This document shows, piece after piece, positions 37,501-41,322 of a stretch of 64,000 bases of DNA; the first letter of the stretch is position 1; every line of letters starts with the position of its first letter. Where the stretch lies: assembly GCA_965222035.1 (NCBI GenBank), contig OZ244940.1, positions 1,287,134 through 1,351,133 on the forward strand, in the 5' to 3' direction. The translations under genes were made by a program, and so were the position numbers. The notes beneath the pieces were generated by a model that did no database searches, had not been told where the DNA came from, and was given only the letters and a program-made list of their open reading frames with translations. Source of the stretch: Candidatus Amphirhobacter sp. (GTDB lineage Bacteria; Pseudomonadota; Gammaproteobacteria; Tethybacterales; Tethybacteraceae).

Positions 37501-40500
37501 CGGCCTGGAGCGAGCTGGCGGGCGACGTGGACACGTTGGCGCAGACCCTGCTGTTCCAGCCGTCGACGATCAGGTCTTCCAACACAGCGAGCGACACCGG
37601 CCTGCGGCTGCATCGCGGCACCTCGGCCTGCCCGGACGTCGATGTGACCCTGCGCAACACCACGCATCTGGAGCTGCGGCAATACACGAGCAGCGCGGCG
37701 ACGGGATCGGCGGCGACGTTCTTCACCAACATCCGCATGCAGAACAACCATGCCAATGACCGGCGGGTGGGCGTGCAGTTCCGGGCGGGCGCGACGCTGA
37801 CGGCGGGCCGGCTGACGCTGACATTGATCGCGCGGGCGAACGCCTCCTGCACCGATGCGGCGAAGCCGCGCGATCTGACGGTGGCGTACGAATTGGAAGT
37901 GCGCGAGAACTGGCCGTGGCGGACGCAAAGGGAAGACAACCTGAGCACGCAAGCGCGGGTGGCTTCGATCGCGCTGGAGACCACCGGTCCGGTGCCGACC
38001 GGCTTGAGAGTGCAGCGCGATTCGCTGGCGTGCCAGAGCACCGACGTGGCGCTGGCATCGGGATCGCCGGCCTACATGAAGCTGCTCAAATACCGGAGCA
38101 ACGGCACGGCGGACGGTTCCGAGGCGCGGACGCAGAGCGGCGTGAACATGTCTGGATCGGGTGCGAGCAACCGCTATGTAGGGGTCACGTTCGACGGCGG
38201 TACTAATATAGCGATTGACACCACCTTGCAGATCACGCTTACGGTCACGCCGAACTCCTCCTGCACGGGCCAGGGCCATCCGCCGGCGACGCAGGTGGTG
38301 GGCACGGTGGTCGTGGTCGAGGCCGAGCCCTGGAGCATCTTGACCGGCGACGTGGCCAACCGCGACCGGATCCTGTTCAAGCCGTCCCAGATCCAAGCGG
38401 GCGCGGCGACTGACACCGGCCTGCGCTTCCACCGCAGCACTTCGGTCTGTCCGGACATAGATGTGACGCTGCGCAACACCGCGCATCTGGAGCTGCGGCA
38501 ATACACCGGCAGTTCGGCGACGGGTTCGGCGGCGGCGTTCTTCCGCAACGTGCGCATGCAGGCCAACCATGCCAACGACCGGCGGATTGGAGTGCAGTTC
38601 CGGGCGGGCGCGAACGTCCCGGCGGGCCCGCTGACGCTGACGTTGATCGCGGAGGCGAACTCTTCCTGCACCAATCCGGCCAAGCAGTTGCCGCTGACCC
38701 TGTCCTACACGCTGGAGGTACGGGAGAACTGGCCGCTGCGCAGCCAGAACCGGGACTCTCTCGGTACGCAGGCGCGGATCGCGGCGCTGTCGGTGGGCAG
38801 CGCGACCGAGCCGCTGCAGACCGGCTTGCGCTTGCACCGCAACATTTTCGTGTGCTCGGAGTTCGACGTGGCGCTGGCGGCGGGCGCGCCGGCGTACCTG
38901 AAGCTGGGCAAATACCAGGCCAACGGCACCGCGGACGGCGCGCCGGCGCGGTCGCTGACGGGCGTGGCCATGCCGGGATCGGGCGCGGCCGACCGCCACG
39001 TGCGAGTGGCGATCGACGGCGGCACGAGCTTTACGGCCCTGACGACCGTGCAGGTGACGATGACCCTGGCGACCAACAGCACCTGCGCGAGCCAGTCGGG
39101 CGCGCCGGCTTCCTATCAGTTGGTCGGCACGGTGGTGATAGTGCCGCCGCAGGCCTGGGGCGCGTTGGCGGGCGACGTGGCGGAGCGGGACGACACCTTG
39201 TTCCGGCCGACGCGGATTCGCGCCTCGAACGCGGCGATCGACACCGGCTTGCGCTTCCACCGCGGCACTTCGGTCTGCCCGGACGTCGATGTGACGCTGA
39301 ACACCACGACGCACCTGGAGCTGCGCCAATACACCAGCAGCGCGGCGGACGGCGCGGCGGCGACGTTCTTCCGCAACGTGCGCATGCAGGCCAGCCACGC
39401 CAACGACCGGCGGGTGGGGGTGCAGTTCCGGGCGCGCGCGACGGTGACGCCGGGTCCGCTGACGCTGACGCTAGTGGCGCGGGCGGCTTCGAGCTGCACG
39501 GCGCTGAACGCGCCGGCGCCGCTGACCATGGCGTACACATTGGCGGCGCTGGAGAAATGGCCGTGGCGGATCCAGGGCCAGGACAGCTTCACCGCGCCGG
39601 CGAGCGTCTATCTCTCGGCCTTGGCGACGACGGGCGTAGTCCCGACCGGCCTGCGGGTGCACCGCAACTCGCCGGCGTGCTCGAGCGTCGACGTGGCGCT
39701 GGCGGCCGGCTCGCCGGCCTATCTGTCGCTGCAGCGCCACAGCGCGGCGGGTGTCGTTGACGGCGCGCCGGCGCGGTCGCTGACGGCGGTGAACATGGCG
39801 AGCACGGGCGCGGCCGCCCGGCATGCGCAGGTGATGATCGCGGGCGGGACCACCTTGACGACCGGCGCGACAGTGATGGTATCGCTGTCGATCGCGCCCA
39901 ACGCCTCCTGCGCCGGTACCGAGGGCGTCCAGGATCTAGCGGACCTGGTCGGCAGCATCCTGGTCCTCGGCCGGGGCCAGGAGGAGATTACGCAGGAATC
40001 GATCCAGGCGGGCAACGCCATGGCGATGCGCATGATGGGGCTGGAGACCCTGGATGCGGTGCTGGCGCGCGGCGCGGCGGGCTCGGGCGCGGCGGCCACC
40101 GAGCAGCTGCTCGGCATGCTGGCGGCCAAGGAAGCCGGGCTGGAGAGCGGCGACATCGACCTGCGCGAGTTCCTTGCGGGCCAGAGCTTCGAGCTGGCGG
40201 CGCGGCCGGGCACCGCATCAGGCGCGGGCGCCGCGATATGGGGCCGCGCGGCCGCCTTCAAGACCGCCTCGACGGTGTCGGCTGCGACAGAGCTGGAAAG
40301 CGAATTGTTCAGCGCGCACTTTGGGGGCGACTACCGCTGGAGCAACGGCTTCGTGCTGGGGCTGGGCCTCGGCCGCCACGAGCTGGAGGGTACTTATAAG
40401 GAAGAGAGGGTTGCCGGCAGCTATCAGCTGGAGCTGGATCTGTACCAGCCGTATGCGGTGATGCCGCTGGGCCCGGCTGGCTGGCTGGCGGCCTACGGCA

Positions 40501-41258
40501 GCCAGGGCAGCGGCGAGATCATGCTGGCCGCGGCTGAGGACGGCGCGGAAGACACCATGCATGATGCCGACTATATAGGATGGGGCCTGGGCTGGCGCAA
40601 CGACCTGGACGACCTGCGCATGCGCGCGAGCGCCAGCGGCGGCGACCTCGAAGCAGCTTTGGATGACGAGATGGCGTTGGATTCCAAGGCCGGCGTGGTG
40701 CGGCTGGGCGTGGCCTATGCGCCGAGCTTCGAAGCGATCCCGGTGCGGCCGGAGCTGGAGGCCGCATGGAGCAAGGACTGGGGCGACGCCCAGGTGGGGC
40801 AGCACTGGCTGTTGGGCCTGGGCCTGGAATACGCGGGCGACGGCCCGCTGCAGGCGCGCGTCGCTTACCAGCATGCGGTGGCGGGCGACGGCGACCTGGC
40901 GGGCCTGGAACTTGACTTCCGCTTCCTGCCCGGCCGCGGCGGCCTGGGCCCCTCCTTCGCTTTGCGCCCGGGCTACGGCCTGGCTACCGGCGCGGCGGTG
41001 TTCGATCAGGTTGCGCGGCCGTTCGCCTTTGACGGCGGCGATGATGATGGCGACCGGCGCCTGCGCGCTGAGATGGCCTGGGGCCTGCCGGTCAGCGGCG
41101 GGGTGTTGACGCCTTACAGCAACTTGAGTATTGACAGCGATCGCGACCAGCTCGGCGCAGGCCTGCGCCTGGGTACCGCCGCGGCCGGATCCTGGCAACT
41201 GGGCTGGCAGCGCGAGGACAGCAGCAGCCTGCGGCTGCAGCTGCGCATCGGCGACTAA
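19533..41258 (+). CDS. Giant (7241 aa) secreted repeat protein: signal peptide, ~46 tandem ~140-aa two-cysteine domains, and a C-terminal ~430-aa autotransporter-like beta-barrel domain
   Basis: A single uninterrupted ORF. The N-terminus after the A9G9 tract is a signal peptide (ALQPRVATACFALIILLAAAVAPAQQ). Two alternating sub-repeat types share the core TGLR[LF]HR...C..DV.L....L.L..Y...G..DG.AA....V.M.....DR.V.V.F..G.....C. The C-terminus reads ...AIWGRAAAF...LFSAHFGGDYRWSNGFVLGLGLG... with alternating amphipathic strands and ends ELHLELRIGD. A TAAAAT box lies 10 nt upstream of the ATG. Confidence 0.85.
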   Translation: MAAILARTWLRIRKKKGGGRALQPRVATACFALIILLAAAVAPAQQANWVDQGRDGVSQTSYFHLPSTTDSSTGISFHRSHPSCRFNDVRLVNPPTWLEMIKYNGDAKDGDPGTRFTVRMERGHADDRSLRLSFKAGSTMPTGAHTLSLAAERHLTSPGCLGVAAATLSLEYTISIFDNISWMAQGLQAYYNGAIYRTDELGGLALDTGLRLHRRPNLCSKVDLSLVGGTEDYLELRAFEAQNVLYQRRTTPPSGGTTVTNVVLNTGRPLGAGAARLTNLVMDRDSPRDSYVRLFHKASVAVSEALEITVSVAFETSRSCGFPATVRKQTLDFMRHHVALAPTQYQATWKLESESLTPDGPFSPVRMRRFGLTPTGIFLNRSSSLCVVTNIQLLNHTDKFDIYASAGADALTENQGDHAIKNKTGHAIAWVIPDGKDLPAAGSVLRLSVLMRSNPFQCTNNNIAPRQTLAFALTVATPATWGVLAGDVTRQTGLLQPSVIRASATPTDTGVRFHRGTSACPLVDILMQPNPHLEMQLYNGNTATGAGVTTINGVRMQVGHADDRLVGLQFRERATVPNGTLTVTLEASASSGCEAADEPWPLTLTYTLTVQERWSWETQSRDNFGTQLELSRADLDGAGLVATGLRIHRDSHACQSTDVALAADAPSYLSLRRYTAAGATDGDAAATLAGVNMSGSGANDRHVQVMIDGGTQITPGATVLVTLTVSPNSSCTGNLHPEAQQLVGKVLPVNPDGWESIAGDVASRPRILFRPSQLRAAATPTDTGLRFHRGTDSCPLVDVVLRNTDYLQLQRYTPAGAVSGAAGSSFTNVRMAAGHASDRLVGVQFKAGVQVPATSLTLTLVAQPVSSCVNPRKPRPLTMSYTLAVAEHWPWRLKPQDNLGMVVSLEVENLAVSGPVATGLRLHRDILVCSNFDVALAADAPSYLKLRKYLGNGATDGAAARSLTGVDVSGAGALARHVRVAIDGGTSFTGLTTVRVTMTVATNASCASESGAPSARALVGTVAVFTAKEEWKTLAGDVARRDTVLFNRVYLTATDTGLRFHRGTDACPDVDIALSSVDQLQLQLYNSSGSAVGSASDSFTNVRMKSNDTNDRLVGVLFPANTIIPSGTGSSTLTLTATPNASCTNPGKPDDLVLTYTLYVGDTWPWRTQARDNFGTTVSMAQLALTGTNPVPTGLRIHRDSQDCQGTDVDLASASPSYLKLGKYRANGTADGAAARSLDDVYMFGSGSVDRHVEVMIDGTTSFTGLTTLKVTLTVAPGLCVASTLPDDETLVGNLVMVPPEAWGILSGDVAALARTKLFQPSALRAAASASDTGLRIHRGTAACPDVDVVLRTAQHLELQGYDASGIATGSASSALRNVRMQSISPNDRLVGLQFKAGTQVTPGMLTATVEMSANASCTHVAAPAGLTLTYTLAVLEHWPWRTQPQDNMNSPGQVSQGALTGTTNPVQVGLRLHRDTLACQNVDVALASNAPSYMKIGKYRANGASDGAVARSLTGVNMSGSGADDRHVRVSFDGGANVQVNTDIKITMTLTPNATSCTGVGHPPATQLVGTVIVRRGAAWLELNGNVATLNHTILFQPSTLRTSTTPTDTGLRVHRGTSTCPDIDITLRTTTHMEMQKYTAAGVKDGAASIAFATLRMENNHNSDRRVGLQFRSGVSIAAGMLTATVVVSATPTCAAVYPVPLTLAYTLAVLEYWPWRSQAQHNFGTQARFPHLSLGGTNPTPTGLRLHRDARACQSIDVALHSGAPSYLKLRKHQADGTADGAAARSLSGVNMSGTGAAGRHVRVAIDSGSGLAANTTVMVTLTVSPNSSCAGVGHPPAQQLVGTAVAVPPEDWSVLAGDISAAGRLLFPPSRTRSSNTAIDTGLRLHRGTNACPDVNVTLRNTMHLELRRYQGTRSTGDAATFFTNVRMQAGNANDRRIGVQFRAGAQVPAGPVELTLVAEASASCTDAAKPRPLTLSYTLSALENWPWRNQAQDNFATRAQIDGAAVLTSGAVPTGLRLHRNILVCSSFDVALATGTPSYVKLGSYRADGTADGAAVRSLAGVNMSGTGVLDRHVRVTFDGGTRFSASAILRVTLTVATNSSCDSQSGAPSAQELVAEVDVVPAQTWSALAGEVTSRDRILFKPTQIRAANSATDTGLRLHRGTAACPDVDITLRNTTHLELRKYNGSAADGAAATFFNNIRMKAGDANDRLVGVQFRAGATLTAGPFTLTLIARPTSACTNRARPGPLTLAYTLSVLENWPQRNQSQDNLGTRARIAALSIEDGTGAVLTGLRLHRNILVCSSFDVALASGTPSYVKLRKYQTNDTADGAAARSLTGVAMLGSGAADRHVRIAIDGGTSFTQQTTLPITMTLSTNSSCSSQSGAPASHQLVGTVEVVPPAAWSALNGDVANRDRILFRPSAIRAASSAIDTGLRLHRGNTACREVAVILNNTTHLELRQYTSSAATGSAATFFPFVHMENNHASDRRVGVQFRAGATVSAGPLELTLEVGASSLCSHIAKPRPLTLSYTLSVQEDWPLRNQGQDNLGTQAQLPALSLSGVSGAVPTGLRLHRNIFVCSSFDVALASGTPSYVKLRKYQTNGTADGAAARSLTGVAMPGSGAADRHVRIAIDGGTSFTQRTTLPVTLTMSTNSSCASQSGAPASHQLVGTVVVVPPASWSELAGDVDTLAQTLLFQPSAIRAANSATDTGLRLHRGTAACPNVDVTLNTTTHLELRQYTSSAATGSAATFFNNIRMQNNHANDRRVGVQFRAGATLTAGRLTLTLIARANASCTDPAKPRDLTVAYELEIRENWPWRTQGQDNLSTQARLAVLALNSTNPVLTGLRLHRDSIACQSTDVALASDSPSYLKLRKYQANGTADGSAARSLSGVNMSGSGAADRHVRIAIDGGTNIAAGTFLRVTLTVTRNSSCTGQGHPPATQLVGTVALVAAEAWGALAGDVANRDRILFKPSQVRSSNTATDTGLRFHRGTSVCPDVDVTLRNTTHLELRQYTSSSATGSANTFFRNIRMQNNHANDRRVGVQFRAGATLTPGPLTLTLIAEANASCTNPAKPVPLTQAYTLSVQEDWPLRNQGQDNLGTQARLPALSLSGVSGAVPTGLRLHRNIFVCSSFDVALASGTPSYVKLRKYQTNGTADGAAARSLTGVAMPGSGAADRHVRIAIDGGTSFTGLTTLPITLTMSTNSSCASQSGAPASHQLVGTVVVVPPASWSELTGDVDTLAQTLLFQPSAIRAANSATDTGLRLHRGTSACPNVDVTLRNTTHLELRQYTSSAATGSAATFFNNIRMQNNHANDRRVGVQFRAGATLTAGRLTLTLIARANASCADAAKPRDLTVAYELEIRENWPWRTQGQDNLSTQARLAVLALNSTDPVPTGLRVHRDSLACQSTDVALASGSPAYMKLRKYQTNGTADGSAARSLSGVNMSGSGAADRHVRVTFDGGTDLAAGTNLQITLTVTPNSSCTGQGHPPATQLVGTVALVAAEAWVALAGDVNNRDRILFRPSAIRAASSATDIGLRFHRGTSVCPDVDVTLRNTTHLELRQYTSSAATGSAATFFTNIRMQNNHANDRRVGVQFRAGATLTPGPLTLTLIAEANASCTNLAKPLPLTQAYTLSVQEQWPLRNQDQDNLGTQARLPALSLEGVSGAVPTGLRLHRNIFVCDNFDVALASGTPSYVKLRKYQTNGTADGAAARSLTGVDMSGSGANDRHVRIAIDGGTSFTQQTTLPITLTMSTNSSCASQSGAPASHQLVGTVVVVPPAAWSALNGDVANRDRILFKPTEIRASGSGIDTGLRLHRGTSACPNVDVTLHTTTHLELLQYSSTGSTGATSTFFNNIRMQNNHAQDRRVGVKFNPGETVPAGPLTLTLIARANSSCTDPAKPRDLTLAYTLSVLENWPLRNQGQDNLGTQARMPALSLEGVTGAIPTGLRLHRNIFVCSSFDVALASGTPSYVKLRKYQTNGTADGAAARSLSAVAMPGSGAADRHVRIAIDGGTSFTQQTTLPITMTMSTNSSCASQSGAPVSHELVGRVVIVPPAAWSALAGDVLTRPRILFQPSAIRSSNTATDTGLRLHRGTSACPNVDVTLRNTTHLELRQYTSSSATGSAATFFRNIRMQNNHANDRRVGVQFRAGATLTAGPYALTLVASANSSCADAAKPRPLTLAYTLSVENGWPLRNQGQDNLGTQARLPALSLSGVSGVVPTGLRLHRNIFVCDSFDVALANGTPSYVKLRKYQTNGTADGAAARSLTGVAMPGSGANDRHVRIAIDGGTSFTQQTTLPVTLTMSTNSSCASQSGAPASHLLVGTVVVVPPASWSELAGDVDTLAQTLLFQPSRVRASNAAIDTGLRLHRGTAACPNVDVTLRNTMHLELRQYTSSAATGLAATFFNNIRMENNHANDRRVGVQFRAGATLTAGRLTLTLIARANASCANAAKPRDLTVAYELEIRENWPWRTRGQDNLSTEAKLAVAALNTTGEVPTGLRVHRDSLACQSTDVALASGSPAYMKLRKYQANGTADGSAARSLTGVNMSGSGAADRHVRVTFDGGTNLAVDITLMVTLTVTRNASACSGFGHPPATQLVGTVAMVAAATWSTLPGDVANRDRILFRPSAVRSSNSATDTGLRFHRSTTVCPDIDVTLRNTTHLELRQYTSSSATGSAAAFFRNMRMQNNHANDRRVGVQFRAGATLTPGPLTLTLIAEANSSCTNPAKQLPLTLAYTLSVQEDWPLRNQGQDNLGTQARLPALSLEGVTGTVPTGLQLHRNIFVCDNFDVALANGTPSYVKLRKYQANGNADGAAARSLTGVDMSGSGSTDRHVRIAIDGGTSFTQQTTLPITLTMSTNSSCASQSGAPASHQLVGTVVVVPPAAWSALAGDVAARDRILFKPTQIEASNSATDTGLRLHRGTSACPNVDVTLRNTTHLELRQYTSSAATGSAATFFNNIRMENNHANDRRVGVQFRAGATVTAGPFTLTLIARANASCTDSAKPRDLTLAYTLSVLENWPQRNQGQDNLGTQARMPALSLEGVTGAIPTGLRLHRNIFVCSSFDVALASGTPSYVKLRKYQTNGTADGAAARSLTGVAMPGSGAADRHVRIAIDGGTSFTQQTTLPITMTMSTNSSCASQSGAPVSHQLIGTVVVVPPAAWSALAGDVLTRPRILFKPTQVRSSNSAVDTGLRLHRGTSACPNVDVTLRNTTHLELRQYTSNSATGSAATFFRNIRMQNNHANDRRVGVQFRAGATLTAGAFELTLIVSANSSCADAAKPRPLTLAYTLSVQEDWPLRNQGQDNLGTQARIAALSLSGGSGVVQTGLRLHRNIFVCDSFDVALANGTPNYVKLGKYQANGTADGAAARSLTGVAMPGSGANDRHVRIAIDAGTSFTTLTTLRVTMTLATNSSCASQSGAPASHELVGAVEIVPPAAWSALAGDVSSLARTLLFQPSTIRSSNTASDTGLRLHRGTSACPDVDVTLRNTTHLELRKYNGSTADGSAATFFTDIRMQQGDSNDRRVGVQFRAGATLTAGRLTLTLIARANTSCTNAAKPRDLTVAYELEIRENWPWRTQGRDNLGTQAQVASVALETTGPVPTGLRLHRDSLACQSTNVALASNAPSYLKLLKYRSNGTVDGSATRSQTAVNMSGSGANDRYIEVAVDGGTSIAVDTTLAVTMTIRPNSSCTGRGHPPATQVVGTLVVVEAAPWSMLTGDVANRDRILFRPSAVRSSGSATDTGLRFHRSTTVCPDIDVTLRNTAHLELRQYTGSSATGSAATFFRNMRMQNNHANDRLVGVQFRAGANVPAGPLALTLIAEANSSCTNPAKQLPLTLAYTLEVREDWLLRNQGQDNLGTQARLPALSLSGATGVVPTGLRLHRNILVCSSFDVALANGTPNYVKLGKYQANGNADGAAARSLTGVAMPGSGAADRHVRVAIDAGTSFTTLTTLRVTMTLATNSSCASQSGAPASHVLVGTVAVVPPAAWSELAGDVDTLAQTLLFQPSTIRSSNTASDTGLRLHRGTSACPDVDVTLRNTTHLELRQYTSSAATGSAATFFTNIRMQNNHANDRRVGVQFRAGATLTAGRLTLTLIARANASCTDAAKPRDLTVAYELEVRENWPWRTQREDNLSTQARVASIALETTGPVPTGLRVQRDSLACQSTDVALASGSPAYMKLLKYRSNGTADGSEARTQSGVNMSGSGASNRYVGVTFDGGTNIAIDTTLQITLTVTPNSSCTGQGHPPATQVVGTVVVVEAEPWSILTGDVANRDRILFKPSQIQAGAATDTGLRFHRSTSVCPDIDVTLRNTAHLELRQYTGSSATGSAAAFFRNVRMQANHANDRRIGVQFRAGANVPAGPLTLTLIAEANSSCTNPAKQLPLTLSYTLEVRENWPLRSQNRDSLGTQARIAALSVGSATEPLQTGLRLHRNIFVCSEFDVALAAGAPAYLKLGKYQANGTADGAPARSLTGVAMPGSGAADRHVRVAIDGGTSFTALTTVQVTMTLATNSTCASQSGAPASYQLVGTVVIVPPQAWGALAGDVAERDDTLFRPTRIRASNAAIDTGLRFHRGTSVCPDVDVTLNTTTHLELRQYTSSAADGAAATFFRNVRMQASHANDRRVGVQFRARATVTPGPLTLTLVARAASSCTALNAPAPLTMAYTLAALEKWPWRIQGQDSFTAPASVYLSALATTGVVPTGLRVHRNSPACSSVDVALAAGSPAYLSLQRHSAAGVVDGAPARSLTAVNMASTGAAARHAQVMIAGGTTLTTGATVMVSLSIAPNASCAGTEGVQDLADLVGSILVLGRGQEEITQESIQAGNAMAMRMMGLETLDAVLARGAAGSGAAATEQLLGMLAAKEAGLESGDIDLREFLAGQSFELAARPGTASGAGAAIWGRAAAFKTASTVSAATELESELFSAHFGGDYRWSNGFVLGLGLGRHELEGTYKEERVAGSYQLELDLYQPYAVMPLGPAGWLAAYGSQGSGEIMLAAAEDGAEDTMHDADYIGWGLGWRNDLDDLRMRASASGGDLEAALDDEMALDSKAGVVRLGVAYAPSFEAIPVRPELEAAWSKDWGDAQVGQHWLLGLGLEYAGDGPLQARVAYQHAVAGDGDLAGLELDFRFLPGRGGLGPSFALRPGYGLATGAAVFDQVARPFAFDGGDDDGDRRLRAEMAWGLPVSGGVLTPYSNLSIDSDRDQLGAGLRLGTAAAGSWQLGWQREDSSSLRLQLRIGD
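19571..19588 (+). repeat. Homopolymeric A9-G9 tract inside the 5' end of the giant gene, between the ATG and the signal peptide; a candidate slipped-strand phase-variation site
   Basis: aaaaaaaaa ggggggggg occupies codons 13-19 and is currently in frame. Equivalent G tracts occur at the same relative position in three paralogs. Confidence 0.7.
21450..39700 (+). repeat. About 22 tandem copies of a ~827-bp coding repeat (each encoding two ~140-aa domains) with high DNA identity
   Basis: The landmark string ccgagctacgtgaagctgcgcaagtaccagaccaacggcacggcgg recurs at ~26480, 27318, 28141, 28965, 29795, 30615, 31447, 32274, 33110, 33935, 34760, 35585, 36418, 37250, 38070 and 38895, giving a period of 820-838 bp. 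Confidence 0.85.
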
Positions 41259-41269
41259 AAGAACCCTTC

Positions 41270-41298
41270 AAGGCGCCTGCCGCGCCGCCTTGTTCCTG
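41270..41298 (+). terminator. Candidate intrinsic terminator between giant gene A and paralog B
   Basis: A 7-bp stem caaggcg / cgccttg with a 10-nt loop is followed by ttgtt. It lies 12 nt after the stop. Confidence 0.35.
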
Positions 41299-41322
41299 GG
41301 CAAAGTGGGATAAAATACGCCT

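Noticed and set aside
21450-39700. Possibility that the regular ~827-bp repeats are a CRISPR array or a satellite
   Set aside because: The units are far longer than CRISPR repeat-spacer units and have no short direct repeats with unique spacers. They are continuous in-frame coding sequence with protein-level domain conservation.
19629-41200. Dozens of 100-660-aa ORFs on the minus strand and in alternative plus frames inside the giant gene (for example 37416..39398 -, 31451..32272 -, 29168..30439 -)
   Set aside because: They are antisense or out-of-frame artefacts of a 70%-GC repetitive coding sequence. Their products are R/A/G/P low-complexity, and they recur with the repeat period. They are not independent genes.
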